From positions 4,796 to 68,795 of the forward strand of contig CAZKOY010000006.1 of assembly GCA_964554495.1 (NCBI GenBank): 64,000 bases of DNA, in the 5' to 3' direction. How positions within the stretch are numbered: position 1 is the stretch's first letter; the number at the start of each line of letters is the position of its first letter. A model generated the notes under the pieces. It saw only the letters and a program-made list of their open reading frames with translations. It ran no database searches and was not told where the DNA came from. A program made the position numbers and the translations under genes. This DNA comes from an uncultured Myxococcales bacterium. Its GTDB lineage: Bacteria > Myxococcota_A > Polyangia > Palsa-1104 > JAEUJZ01. This document shows, piece by piece, positions 54,618 through 64,000 of this stretch.

Positions 54618-56186
54618 TCACTGTCCGTGGGCAACGTCGCGGCTGCGGCGCAGGCGGGGCAGGATCTTGACCAGGCGATCGCGAAGCTCGGAAGCGACAC
54701 GGTCTTGCAGGGCAAAGATCTGCGTGCCGCTTTTTCCCGGCGCAGTCAGCGTCAAGCTGTCGAGAATTTCGCCATTTTCGACGCGGGAAAAGCGCGCCAC
54801 GATGCGCAGCTGATCGTCGATGCGGCTGAACGCGCCTTGCACCAGCACCTCGACGCCAAGAACGCGTCCGATGCGGGCCACCGTCGCGGAATCCATGTAT
54901 TCGTCTTTGCCGCGCAGAAGCTCGGGCAGGTTCTGTTCATCGAACTGGTTGCGTTCGAGCAACACGATGCGATCCGGCGTATCGCCGCGAAGCTCACCGA
55001 GCACCGTGGTCACCTGTTCCGCAATGCCTTCGACCAAGAGATTCAAGCTGGGATCGGCGCCCAAGTTTTTGAATCGCAGGACGGCGACGCGCACTGGACC
55101 GCTGGCCGGCGGGCTCGGTGCGGTCGCTGCTTGCGGCGGTGGCGGTGGCGCGTCCGGTGGCGGTGGCGGTGGCGGCTTGGGCAGGGCGCGCGGCTTCTTG
55201 CGCAGGCCCAGCCGCGACAGAGAAAGCGGTGCCACTACCGCAGCCGCCAAGCCCAGGCCTGCAGCCACAAGCAGCGTGCGACGCTGGCGGGCGCGGCGCT
55301 CTGCTACGGCCAAGGGCACGTCGCTGGGCGCGGTGGCATCCAGGTTGTCAAGGACGCTGGCCGCAAGCTTGGCGACGTCGGCACACGTGGCAACGCGCTG
55401 CTCGCGCTCTTTGTGCGTCATGCGGGTCAGCAGATCGCGCAGCCCGGCGGATGCCGTCGGGACCTCTTTGCTAATGTCCGGCAGCGGCTCGCTGATCTGC
55501 TTCATGGCCACGCCGACCGCGCTCTCGGACTGAAACGGCGGATGGCCGGTCAAAAGGTGGTAAAGGACCAAGCCCAGCGAATAGATATCGGCGCGGGCAT
55601 CCACCGGCTTTCCCGATAGCACCTCGGGCGCCATGTAGTGCAGCGTGCCCAGCGCTTCGTTGGTCGCGGTCATGCCTTCGCTGACACCACCAGCCACGCG
55701 TGCAACGCCGAAGTCGACGAGCTTAACCTGGCCCTTTTCATCGACCAGCATGTTGTGCGGCTTGACGTCGCGGTGAACGATGCCGACATCGTGCGCTGCC
55801 TGCAGACCGATGGCCGCCTGTCGGATCAGGTTCACAGCTTCGGCGGGAGGCAAGGGGCCGCGCTCCTTGGACACCGTCGAGAGCGCTTTGCCTTTTACAA
55901 GCTCCATCACGAAATAGGGATTGCCGGCTTCATCGCGCCCAAAGTCATAGACCTGCACGATGTGCGGGTGCGACAGGCGTGCGATGGCCTTGGCCTCGCG
56001 CTCGAAGCGGATCAGATAGTCGGGGTTGTGGTCGCTGTGCCCCGGCTGCAGCAGCACTAGCTTGAGCGCGACAGTGCGATCCAGCGACGGATCGTAGGCA
56101 CGATAGACCGCTCCCATGCCCCCTGCGCCAAGGAGCGAAAGGTTCTTGTACCGGCCCACGGAAGACAGCTGTGGAATCGGCGCCAT
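54618..56186 (-). CDS. Ser/Thr protein kinase with poly-Pro linker, TM helix and C-terminal extracytoplasmic domain
   Basis: 'LGAGGMGAVYRAYD...ALKLV', 'HRDVKPHNMLV', 'DFGVAR'. 'PPPPPPPDAPPPPPQ'. TM 'LLVAAGLGLAAAVVAPLSL'. Confidence 0.85.
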   Translation of the reverse strand: MAPIPQLSSVGRYKNLSLLGAGGMGAVYRAYDPSLDRTVALKLVLLQPGHSDHNPDYLIRFEREAKAIARLSHPHIVQVYDFGRDEAGNPYFVMELVKGKALSTVSKERGPLPPAEAVNLIRQAAIGLQAAHDVGIVHRDVKPHNMLVDEKGQVKLVDFGVARVAGGVSEGMTATNEALGTLHYMAPEVLSGKPVDARADIYSLGLVLYHLLTGHPPFQSESAVGVAMKQISEPLPDISKEVPTASAGLRDLLTRMTHKEREQRVATCADVAKLAASVLDNLDATAPSDVPLAVAERRARQRRTLLVAAGLGLAAAVVAPLSLSRLGLRKKPRALPKPPPPPPPDAPPPPPQAATAPSPPASGPVRVAVLRFKNLGADPSLNLLVEGIAEQVTTVLGELRGDTPDRIVLLERNQFDEQNLPELLRGKDEYMDSATVARIGRVLGVEVLVQGAFSRIDDQLRIVARFSRVENGEILDSLTLTAPGKSGTQIFALQDRVASELRDRLVKILPRLRRSRDVAHGQ

Positions 56187-56229
56187 GGCTGCTTGCCTCG
56201 CAAATTATCGACGGTGCGGTAGACCGCAG

Positions 56230-57051
56230 TTAGAAGCGCAGCTGCGCATAAAGATAGACATAGGGCACCACCAGCAAGAGTGCATCGATACGATCGAGCA
56301 TGCCGCCGTGGCCGGGAAGAAGCACGCCCGAGTCTTTGACACCGACGGAGCGTTTGATCAGCGACTCACATAGATCTCCAAGCTGGCCCAGCAGGTTGGC
56401 GGGTGCCGCGATGGCCACGACATCCACCCAGGACAGCATTGGCAAGTACCACAGCTTGGCAACGGACAGCGCGAGCAGGCTGCCTGCCATACCACCGACG
56501 CCGCCGATCATCGTCTTCTTTGGGCTGATGGCGGGCCACAGCTTGGCGGGGATGAAGGGGCCAAGAAAGCGGCCGGCGAAGTACGCGCCCGTGTCCGAGA
56601 GCCACGCCGAGCTTAGGCAGATGTATATCCACGCCGCGCCATCCCCAGAAGGCCGCAGCTTGAACATCATAAGTGGGCTGATAAGCAGGCCGGCGTAGAA
56701 CACACCACCGACGGTGGATGAGATGCGCGACGCCACGGTTTCAATCGGCGGATAAAAGAACAGGAAGAACAGAAAGATGGCGATCGTGCTGCCCCAGACA
56801 CCGGCCAGCAGCATGCGTGTGTCAGGCACCCAGCACACCAGCGTGCCCAGCGCGACGCCGACCACGACGCCGAACCCTCGCTGCAGTCGCGGCGCAGTGG
56901 GCATCGTCATGTTCATCCACTCGCGCAGGCCGGCGACTTGGGCAAACAACACCCACATCCATACGCCATATGGCTGGTGCCAGTTGATGCTCGCGATCAA
57001 AAGCGGGATGGCCACAAGGGCCGTCAAGAATCGAAGGGCGAGGTTGGACAT
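56230..57051 (-). CDS. cdsA: Phosphatidate cytidylyltransferase (CDP-diglyceride synthase)
   Basis: C-terminal signature 'SLIKRSVGVKDSGVLLPGHGGMLDRIDALLLVVP'. Polytopic membrane protein. Confidence 0.85.
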   Translation of the reverse strand: MSNLALRFLTALVAIPLLIASINWHQPYGVWMWVLFAQVAGLREWMNMTMPTAPRLQRGFGVVVGVALGTLVCWVPDTRMLLAGVWGSTIAIFLFFLFFYPPIETVASRISSTVGGVFYAGLLISPLMMFKLRPSGDGAAWIYICLSSAWLSDTGAYFAGRFLGPFIPAKLWPAISPKKTMIGGVGGMAGSLLALSVAKLWYLPMLSWVDVVAIAAPANLLGQLGDLCESLIKRSVGVKDSGVLLPGHGGMLDRIDALLLVVPYVYLYAQLRF

Positions 57052-57068
57052 GTCGTTTCGGATGCGCG

Positions 57069-57857
57069 CTAGGTCGTAGGCGCCGTCGGTAAAGGGGAAC
57101 TTTGAGTCTGCAGCAGGTGGCTTTGACGCAGCGCCAAAAGGAGCTCCATTCGGTTGAAGTCAGGCCACAGGCAGGGCGTGGTGTAGAAGCGAGCATGCAC
57201 GCCTTCCCAAAGCAGGAAGTTCGAGATACGGCGCTCGCCCGAGGTGCGGATGATCAGGTCAACCGGCGGCAGATCCGCGGTCTGCATCGCAGCAGAGACC
57301 ATGTCTTCGTCGATGTCTTCGGGACGCAACCTGCCCTCGGCAACGGCGCGCAGCAGACTACGGGCGGCATCGGTGATCGACTCGCGACCGCCATACGACA
57401 AGGCCAAGCTCAGGGTCATGCCGCTCTGGTGCGCAGAGTCAGCGATCAGCGACTCAAGCGGTCGTCGAACGAAGGCGGGCAAGCGTGTGATGTTGCCGAT
57501 GGTGCGCAGCCGGATGCCGTTTTCCAAGATCTCACTGCGCTCGTCGACCACATAGTCATGCAAAAGCTGCATCAGGCCGCTGACTTCGTCGAGCGGACGC
57601 CCCCAATTCTGTTCAGAAAAAGCGTACAGAGTCAGCGCCGGCAGGCCCAGACGGCGGGCCGCGCGGACGGTATCGCGCACCGCTACCGCGCCTTGCTTAT
57701 GACCGGCGATCCGCGGCAGGCCGCGCTGCTGCGCCCAGCGGCCGTTGCCGTCCATGATGATCGCAACGTGTCGCGCCGTCGGGATGGCTGTCTCCTCGCT
57801 CGATGGCTCATTCGTTGCGGGCCGTGCCGCCGTCGGCTCGCCGCTGCCCGCTGCCAT
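57069..57857 (-). CDS. uppS: Isoprenyl transferase (undecaprenyl-diphosphate synthase family)
   Basis: 'RHVAIIMDGNGRWAQQRGLPRIAGHKQGAVAVRDTV' and 'LTLYAFSEQNWGRPLDEV' are hallmark UPPS motifs. Adjacent to cdsA as is common. Start Met uncertain (57857, 57944 or 57995). Confidence 0.85.
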   Translation of the reverse strand: MAAGSGEPTAARPATNEPSSEETAIPTARHVAIIMDGNGRWAQQRGLPRIAGHKQGAVAVRDTVRAARRLGLPALTLYAFSEQNWGRPLDEVSGLMQLLHDYVVDERSEILENGIRLRTIGNITRLPAFVRRPLESLIADSAHQSGMTLSLALSYGGRESITDAARSLLRAVAEGRLRPEDIDEDMVSAAMQTADLPPVDLIIRTSGERRISNFLLWEGVHARFYTTPCLWPDFNRMELLLALRQSHLLQTQSSPLPTAPTT

Positions 57858-58123
57858 GCCCAGTGCCGCGGGGTCGCCGGGATCGGCAGGGGCCAGAGCA
57901 GGGCGTGAGCGCTCTCCCAACTGCGGGCATGGTGAGGACTGCATAAGATGCAGAGGTATCACAGACGACGTCCGCCGGACAAATGACAAAACCATGAAGC
58001 TTTCATGAAGGCCGAACGTGGGGATGGCTCGCGGCTCGCCGCACGTAAATTCCCATGCCGCATTTGGCTTCCCTTCGCCGCCAGATCGGGAGCGCTAGGA
58101 CGAGTATAGGCCGGCATCCTTTC

Positions 58124-58197
58124 TGAATCCGATTTCCTCGAAAGTGGAATTTTGTTGCTCAAATTGGGAAGCATTCAGGTGTTCTAAGAAATCGGAA
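58124..58197 (+). promoter_or_regulatory. AT-rich island with imperfect inverted repeat GAATCCGATTTC ... GAAATCGGAAT (about 51-nt spacer) and a TAAGAAATC motif
   Basis: Seen directly. Lies in the 370-bp divergent region between uppS and the 58365 gene. Confidence 0.35.
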
Positions 58198-58364
58198 TGA
58201 TTAGAAAAAGGGAGCTTCGCTTGGAGCCGCGAAAATGGATGCACACAGGGAGACACCGACTGTCGACCGAGCGCCGTGGCCCACCACGACGGACTGATGC
58301 GAAAGCGGGCCGACGAGAATACGCAGCCGATGACTTGGTTCAGGCTTTGCGATAGGGTACGCGC

Positions 58365-58997
58365 ATGACCATTCTGTCTCTCAGCGACATCCAAAGCGGC
58401 TTGGCGTACCTGGCCTCTCACCCGGAATACCTGCTGCGCTGCGTCATCAATGCGGCGCGCATGCGTGTCGGCATCCCGCTCGACGCTATCAACTGGCTGG
58501 CGCACAAGTTTGGTGGGCGAAAGCTGCCCCCGGACTTGACGCTGACCTCTGAGCCACCGGGCATCCGCGTCGCGGCTACGCTGGAAGTCATGGGCACGAA
58601 GATGGCTCTGGCGGCAACGCTGACCATCGAGCAGGTGCTGTTTTCACTCGGCAGCGTGCGGGTTGAGCTTCGCGTGCGCGACTTGAGCATCAAGCCCGAA
58701 GGCGACAGCCCGATGGTGCAGATGCTTTCGATGATGGATCTGTCCAAGCCGGGCGATCTGCTCAACTTCATGCCGATGCGTCCAGCGATGATCCTCGATG
58801 CGCAGGGCGATCTGTTCATCCTCGATCTGATGAAGCTGCCGCGCCTTGCCAAGAACGAACGAGCGCAGCGCATCGTCGCGGCTCTTTCCGAAGTAGTGGC
58901 CATCCGCGAGTTCGCTACCGAAGACGATCTGTTGGTCATCGGCCTGCGCGCCATGCCGCTGGGCTTGGTCGCGGCGCTCAGTCACCTGCGCAGCTAG
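58365..58997 (+). CDS. Hypothetical protein (210 aa)
   Basis: No recognised motif. Composition normal. Followed 65 nt later by the SDR gene on the same strand. Confidence 0.45.
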   Translation: MTILSLSDIQSGLAYLASHPEYLLRCVINAARMRVGIPLDAINWLAHKFGGRKLPPDLTLTSEPPGIRVAATLEVMGTKMALAATLTIEQVLFSLGSVRVELRVRDLSIKPEGDSPMVQMLSMMDLSKPGDLLNFMPMRPAMILDAQGDLFILDLMKLPRLAKNERAQRIVAALSEVVAIREFATEDDLLVIGLRAMPLGLVAALSHLRS

Positions 58998-59061
58998 TCC
59001 AGGCTATTTCGCCTCGTCGCGCGCCCGCTGCGCCTACGATGGGCGCTGGAGATTCGGCCCC

Positions 59062-60141
59062 ATGAGCGCATCCAATCATTCCACTCCTGTCACATTGGCT
59101 CCCGTCTGTGTCACGGGCGCTGCAGGCTATATCGCATCGCATGTTGTGGCGCAGCTTCTTACGCGGGGCTATCGCGTTCGCGGCACGGTGCGCAGCCTGC
59201 GAAAAGAGAAAGAAAAAGACATCGCGCATCTGCGTGCGCTGCCCAACGCCGACACGCACCTAGAGCTGGTCGAGGCGGATCTGATGAAGCCTGGTTCATT
59301 CGACGGCGCGGTGGCTGGCTGCGAGTACGTGATGCACACCGCGAGCCCGTACATGCTCAATGCGCAGGACCCCCAGAGGGATCTGGTGGATCCCGCAGTG
59401 CAGGGCACGCGCACCGTGCTTGAATCGTGCAAGAAAGCTGGCAGCGTGCGACGCGTCGTGCTGACCTCGTCCATGGCCGCGATCACCGACGAGCCAGAGT
59501 CCGATCATGTGCTGACCGAGGCGGACTGGAACACCAAGTCAACGCTGGAGCGCAACGCGTATTACCTGTCGAAGACCTTGGCGGAAAAGGCGGGCTGGCG
59601 CTTCATCGAGGAAGAGACGCCGGGCTTTGATCTGGTGGTCATCAATCCGTTTTTGGTGATCGGTCCATCGCTGTCTGCTGCAATCAACACGTCGCCGCAG
59701 ATGTTTCTGGATCTGTTGGCCGGTGCGTACCCCGGCATCATGAACTTGGCCTGGGGCTTCGTTGACGTCCGAGATGTCGCGCGAGCACATGTCCTGGCGA
59801 TCGAGACGCAGGCGGCGCATGGTCGCTATATCTGCGCCAACACCACGATCACCATGCGCGAGCTGGTCGAGCTACTGCGCGCCTCGGGGTACGAGGGCTA
59901 CAAGCTGCCCAACCTGGGCCTGGACTGCGGCATGGGCGACTACGTCGTCAAGCTTAGCTCGTACCTGCAGCCCAAGGGCATCGGCAGCTATCTGCGCACG
60001 CACGTTGGCCGCGTGCCGCGCTTTGACCATAGCAAGATCCAGCGCGAGCTTGGCTTGAGCTTCCTGCCGCTCAAGCAGAGCATCCTCGATACACTGTCGG
60101 ATCTGAAAACATGGGGACACATCGCGCCGCCTAAGGCGTAG
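59062..60141 (+). CDS. NAD(P)-dependent epimerase/dehydratase-family SDR (cinnamoyl-CoA/dihydroflavonol reductase-like)
   Basis: Rossmann 'VCVTGAAGYIASHVVAQLLTRGYRVRGTVR'. Catalytic 'YYLSKTLAEK' (YxxxK). Confidence 0.8.
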   Translation: MSASNHSTPVTLAPVCVTGAAGYIASHVVAQLLTRGYRVRGTVRSLRKEKEKDIAHLRALPNADTHLELVEADLMKPGSFDGAVAGCEYVMHTASPYMLNAQDPQRDLVDPAVQGTRTVLESCKKAGSVRRVVLTSSMAAITDEPESDHVLTEADWNTKSTLERNAYYLSKTLAEKAGWRFIEEETPGFDLVVINPFLVIGPSLSAAINTSPQMFLDLLAGAYPGIMNLAWGFVDVRDVARAHVLAIETQAAHGRYICANTTITMRELVELLRASGYEGYKLPNLGLDCGMGDYVVKLSSYLQPKGIGSYLRTHVGRVPRFDHSKIQRELGLSFLPLKQSILDTLSDLKTWGHIAPPKA

Positions 60142-60160
60142 CGGCGAGCGAAAAAGGGAA

Positions 60161-61960
60161 TCAGCTCAGCGTGGCGCGGCCGGCTTGGCGATAGCGCTCG
60201 CAGAGCGTGCGCAGCTCGGCCTGAGACATGGCCAGATCAGCGGCAAGCTCGGGCAGCTTTCGCGGATCGACGATCAGTTGCGCGATGGCTCGCTCCAGCG
60301 CATCCACACGCTCACTTCCGCGTGGCTCACTAGGCAGCACCTGCGCTGTATTGGATCCGCTCGCCGCGGTCGCGGGCTGCGTGCTTCCTTGGCTCGCGTT
60401 GCGTGAAGACGCCAGCGTCGGTGCAACAAGAGCCTGCTGGCTCTGCTCGGTCGCGATGGGAAGCTGCACTGCGGGATCGCCTAGCAGGATGTAACCCGCA
60501 AGATCGTGTCGCTGCATCCACAGGTATGCGCGACGCGTGTCCAGCTTGGGATTTACTGGCGCGCTGGGGTTCTTGGCGATGCGGTCATAGATTGTCGCCA
60601 GCTCTGAATTGGCGGCACCCACGGCCAGCATCAGCGAGCGCAGCGCTGTACCGGCGCGGTTGCCCTTGAGCAAGTCCGCGACGACCTGCACGAAGCGCGC
60701 GGGGCGATCCACTTGCTCGCCCATGTCGAGCTCGCTGAAGCTGTAGCTCCAGGCCAGATCGACATGTCCTAGGACGCACAGTGGGCCATTGGGATTGCGC
60801 AGCGCCATCTGCGGCACGGCGGCGATGAACGGCCGCTCGCCCGGCTTCGGCAGCGCCTTGAGCACATAGTCGATGCTGCCACTAAGCTCTCCCTGCGCTT
60901 GCAGGGCCTGCAGCCAGTGGTGATAGCTGCTGCTTTCGGGAGTACCTGCGCCGAAACACGCGAACAGAAACCAGATGCCACCGGGCAGGAACGAGCGTGT
61001 GGCGACGTCGCTGCCCAGAAGCAGTCCGTCGGGGAACATCAGTCCACCTTGGCGTCGTCGCTGATCCTGTTCACTCTTCCAGCCACGCAGGGGTGCGCCG
61101 CTGCCATGGCTCATGCTGAACAGCACCGTCGGATCCGTTGCCGCCGCCGCGCGCAGAAGTTCGTCGCGCGATGGCGTCGCTTTGTCGCCTGCCTCGACGA
61201 TGGCGCGGGCCATGAGCTTGCGCTCCATCACCTTGCGCTGCGCCATGGCCACACCGGGAGCCATCAGCGACTCATAGCCCGCCTTGGTCGCATCGGTGCC
61301 GTCATGGACGGTAAAAAACAGGGCCTGCCCAGAATCGCTGCGCGCCGCCTGGGTTTCATAGCGCAGGACCTTTTCGGCATAGGCGCGATAGCCGTCGGCA
61401 TCGTCGAACGCCAAGCGACCCACAAAGCCGTCGATGTTCTGCACGTTCTGGATCGAAAGCGGCACCTGATCGAGGTTGCCCAAGATCAGTTGATAGCGCG
61501 GCAGGTCCTCGCGCGTGTCCTTGCCGGAATCGAACTGTTGCTTGCGCCACAGCGCGGCTTCGACGTCGTCGGCCTTGCTGGGAGCGCGGAAGATCGAGAT
61601 CGGCTGATCGCCCTGCTGCCGTCGGCGATGCGCGATTAGCGGCGCCATGCGATCGAGCAGGGCATCGCCTTCTTCACCCTGCGGGACGATCACTCCCCAG
61701 CGCTGCTGGGGCAGGCTGCCCGCATCGCCCCCTTCGTTCCACAAGAGCTTCGGCAGCGGACCTTTCTGAAGCGGGTTTTGCCGTCGCCCCGTCTGTTCGA
61801 TCAGTGGCTTGGCCAGGTGCGGCGTGTGGGAATCGGCGTCAGCCAACAGCAGCCCGAGTCCGCTGTACTGCGGCCGTGACTTGGCACCTGTGCTCACGCG
61901 CCACCCTGTGCTGCGGGTACCCGTGCGCTGTGATGAACCGTCAGCGCCTGATTCTTCCAC
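60161..61960 (-). CDS. Clan-CD (caspase-fold; C25 gingipain / CHAT-like) cysteine peptidase-like protein
   Basis: Candidate catalytic dyad in caspase-like context: 'TVLFSMSHGSG' (His) and, 45 aa later, 'GIWFLFACFGAGT' (Cys). Each is preceded by a hydrophobic beta-strand. The track start is GTG at 61960; an alternative GTG at about 61897 gives a GTGA overlap with the upstream metallophosphoesterase stop. Confidence 0.4.
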   Translation of the reverse strand: MEESGADGSSQRTGTRSTGWRVSTGAKSRPQYSGLGLLLADADSHTPHLAKPLIEQTGRRQNPLQKGPLPKLLWNEGGDAGSLPQQRWGVIVPQGEEGDALLDRMAPLIAHRRRQQGDQPISIFRAPSKADDVEAALWRKQQFDSGKDTREDLPRYQLILGNLDQVPLSIQNVQNIDGFVGRLAFDDADGYRAYAEKVLRYETQAARSDSGQALFFTVHDGTDATKAGYESLMAPGVAMAQRKVMERKLMARAIVEAGDKATPSRDELLRAAAATDPTVLFSMSHGSGAPLRGWKSEQDQRRRQGGLMFPDGLLLGSDVATRSFLPGGIWFLFACFGAGTPESSSYHHWLQALQAQGELSGSIDYVLKALPKPGERPFIAAVPQMALRNPNGPLCVLGHVDLAWSYSFSELDMGEQVDRPARFVQVVADLLKGNRAGTALRSLMLAVGAANSELATIYDRIAKNPSAPVNPKLDTRRAYLWMQRHDLAGYILLGDPAVQLPIATEQSQQALVAPTLASSRNASQGSTQPATAASGSNTAQVLPSEPRGSERVDALERAIAQLIVDPRKLPELAADLAMSQAELRTLCERYRQAGRATLS

Positions 61961-63291
61961 TCGACCAACGAGATCTGCACGCCGCCTTCGGCTTCGTCGG
62001 CTTCGACCAGCGCCGCGGTAAAGCGAGTGAACAGCGGCACCATGTCGCCCTTTTCTGGATTGAGCTGCGGATTCCGTCGCGCCAAGGCCAGAAATTCCGC
62101 CCAGGTGTCGTCATCGGCATCGTCGGGCGGCAGCTGAATCAGGCGAATCCACGTGCCGCTGTTGACGTAGCACAGACCGTCTGCGTGCTGAAATCGGGCC
62201 GCGTGCGTGTGCCCGAACAGCACCGCTTGCACGTTGAACTTCTGCGCCAAGCGCTGCGCTTCGTTCCACTCGGATACCTCGGGCTCAAACGAATAGAAGC
62301 GCTGTCCTTTTCCTTTCGCCAGGTTGCGCTGGGCCCCGGCGTACCAGCGCAGGCCCGAGCGGAACAGCTTCTGCTGCGCGCTCTGCAAGATCGAAAAGTC
62401 GAGCGCGAATGAGTGAGCGCGTCCCGTGCTCGGCGTGAACATCGCTTCCAGCATGGCGCGCTCGTCTTCGTCGAGGCCGGCGTTTTCGATCGCGGTCTCT
62501 AGCCCCAGGTCATCGGGATCCGGCGCAACGAAGGTGGCGGCGCCTGCTTTCTTCTGTTCAAGCTGCCACAGGATCTCAACGCTGGATCCTTTGAAGACCT
62601 CTTTTAGGGCGCTGGGACTTACCGCCATCGCCGTCAGAACGCCACCCTGAAAGTCGGGCTTGATGAGATCGATCAAGCTCAAGCCGTGCTGCCGCTTCAG
62701 CGGGTTCATGATCGTCTTTACCAAGCGTGATCCCGGCGCGTAGGCATAGTCTTGTGGCTGCGCCTCTGGGGGGCCATCCGGTCCGGGCAGGTGCAGATAG
62801 TCGACGCGGTTCCAGATGTCGTTCTGTTCGCCATGCGCCAGCAGGACGCGCACGCCACCTATGGCCAAGATGCCGGGCTTGTCGCCGCGCTCAAAGCGCA
62901 GCTTCGCCGCGATCTCGGCCGGCTGACCCAGTGCAGCGCGCAGGCAGGCCTGCACACCGGGCAGCGCAAGCTCGATGTCGTGGTTGCCCAGCCGGACGAT
63001 CACATCCCCTCCGGCAGCCAGCACGTCGCCGAGAGCGCGCAGACTGGCCGCGCTAGCGGGATGGCGGCAGATGGCCTGTGCCTGTGAAACAGCCCGCGCC
63101 TCATCTAGCTCTAGCGGATCTTCGTTCATCAGAAAGTCAACGCTGTCGCCGTTTAGGACGACGCAGCGCCCGGGCCCCGCAAACGAACGCAGCAGCGCCG
63201 GCAGATCGTTTTCACCCGCGAAGATGTCGTATCCACCCCCGTTGCCCAGGTGTAGATCGCTGACCACCAAGACCTTGCGAAAGCCCGCCAT
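61894..63291 (-). CDS. Calcineurin-like metallophosphoesterase (465 aa)
   Basis: 'KVLVVSDLHLG' (motif I), 'VVLNGDSVDF' (II), 'VRLGNHDIE' (III, GNHD), 'LLAHGEQ', 'VLFGHTHAARF' (GHxH). Confidence 0.75.
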   Translation of the reverse strand: MAGFRKVLVVSDLHLGNGGGYDIFAGENDLPALLRSFAGPGRCVVLNGDSVDFLMNEDPLELDEARAVSQAQAICRHPASAASLRALGDVLAAGGDVIVRLGNHDIELALPGVQACLRAALGQPAEIAAKLRFERGDKPGILAIGGVRVLLAHGEQNDIWNRVDYLHLPGPDGPPEAQPQDYAYAPGSRLVKTIMNPLKRQHGLSLIDLIKPDFQGGVLTAMAVSPSALKEVFKGSSVEILWQLEQKKAGAATFVAPDPDDLGLETAIENAGLDEDERAMLEAMFTPSTGRAHSFALDFSILQSAQQKLFRSGLRWYAGAQRNLAKGKGQRFYSFEPEVSEWNEAQRLAQKFNVQAVLFGHTHAARFQHADGLCYVNSGTWIRLIQLPPDDADDDTWAEFLALARRNPQLNPEKGDMVPLFTRFTAALVEADEAEGGVQISLVEWKNQALTVHHSARVPAAQGGA

Positions 63292-63484
63292 GGAATCCCC
63301 CCGAAGCAGAAATGAAAAGAACGCTGCCTGATAGATGCCGTCGATCCCCTCGCGCTCTGCAGAGCCTAGCGTACGGCGTGGCAGATTTTGCGCGGATGGG
63401 GTCGGATCATCATATACGGAAAGCGTGCCCCGTGTGGTGCTCGCTGCCGACGCACGGGCACGGCGGGTACGCGCGCGACCGCGA

Positions 63485-64000
63485 CTAGCGTGCGGTGCTG
63501 GCGAACTGCTTTTCGACTAGGCGGCGATACACGCCGTCGTGCGTGATCAGCTCGTCATGGCGACCGGACTCGACGATGCAACCACCGTCCAGAACCACCA
63601 CTCGATCGGCGCCCATCACGGTCGATAAGCGGTGCGCGATGATCAGGGTTGTGCGCCCTTGCATCAAGCGCTCCAGCGCTTCTTGCACCAGCGCTTCGCT
63701 TTCGGCATCGAGCGCACTCGTCGCTTCGTCCAGGACCAGAATGCGCGGGTCTTTCAAGAGCGCCCGCGCGATCGCCACGCGCTGCTTTTGCCCGCCCGAT
63801 AGGCGCACGCCACGCTCGCCCACCAACGTGTCGTATCCGTCGGGAAACTGGGCAACGAAGTCATGTGCGTTGGCGGCCTTGGCCGCGGCTTCGATCTCTT
63901 CCTGTGTCGCGGTCAGTCGGCCATATCGGATGTTTTCGCGGATCGATGTCGCAAACAGAATCGGCTCTTGCGAGACCACGCCGACCTGCTGCCGCAGCCA
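63485..64000 (-). CDS. ABC exporter (MsbA/type-I-exporter-like) ATP-binding domain, C-terminal part; the gene continues beyond the window
   Basis: '[36 protein letters not shown]' (signature plus Walker B) and '[11 protein letters not shown]' (H-loop). The ORF is open to the window edge. Confidence 0.8.
   Translation of the reverse strand, partial: WLRQQVGVVSQEPILFATSIRENIRYGRLTATQEEIEAAAKAANAHDFVAQFPDGYDTLVGERGVRLSGGQKQRVAIARALLKDPRILVLDEATSALDAESEALVQEALERLMQGRTTLIIAHRLSTVMGADRVVVLDGGCIVESGRHDELITHDGVYRRLVEKQFASTAR

Noticed and set aside
54525-55619. 364-aa plus-strand ORF overlapping the 54618..56186 kinase gene
   Set aside because: It is antisense to a gene with unmistakable Hanks kinase motifs. 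Its translation is Arg/Ala/Gly-rich with an RWRWRVRWRWRWR run, a composition artefact of the poly-Pro-encoding GGN repeats on the other strand.

Overview
This 64-kb window is about 67-68% GC and gene-dense. It most likely comes from a myxobacterial (Myxococcales-like) deltaproteobacterium. The evidence for that is a MYXO-CTERM-type C-terminal anchor, Myxococcus-type Cys-rich repeats, three eukaryotic-like Ser/Thr kinases and an FHA-domain protein. I saw no rRNA, tRNA, CRISPR array, transposase or integrase.

The content is mainly housekeeping and metabolic genes: a BMP-family substrate-binding protein with a tandem ABC ATPase, kynA, arfB, a threonine dehydratase, a PMM/PGM, a Pal-like and a CpoB-like gene, clpS, a xanthine-dehydrogenase-family L-M-S trio plus a CoA ligase, HMG-CoA synthase, maf-yggS and uppS-cdsA. 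Interspersed are many lineage-specific hypothetical secreted or membrane proteins.

The things most worth a second look are:
1. A 1706-aa Ala/Pro/Ser-rich, apparently disordered protein with internal repeats conserved at the protein level but divergent at the nucleotide level, followed by a 665-aa secreted partner.
2. A roughly 700-bp low-GC (about 42-45%) in-frame mosaic segment inside a lipoprotein gene.
3. A roughly 90-nt sequence element repeated at the 3' boundary of two unrelated genes; it includes their stop codons.
4. AT-rich intergenic islands that share short motifs (TAAGAAATC three times, AATAATATTCGTT twice).
5. A clan-CD (caspase-fold) peptidase-like gene whose candidate GTG start overlaps the stop of a large metallophosphoesterase gene.
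6. A PHM/DBH-like copper-monooxygenase-like lipoprotein sitting directly upstream of the molybdenum-hydroxylase/CoA-ligase cluster.
7. Two translationally coupled polytopic membrane proteins followed by an FGE/SUMF1-like protein.

All functional calls rest on motifs I can read in the translated ORFs. No database search was run. Start codons and repeat coordinates may be off by a few bases.
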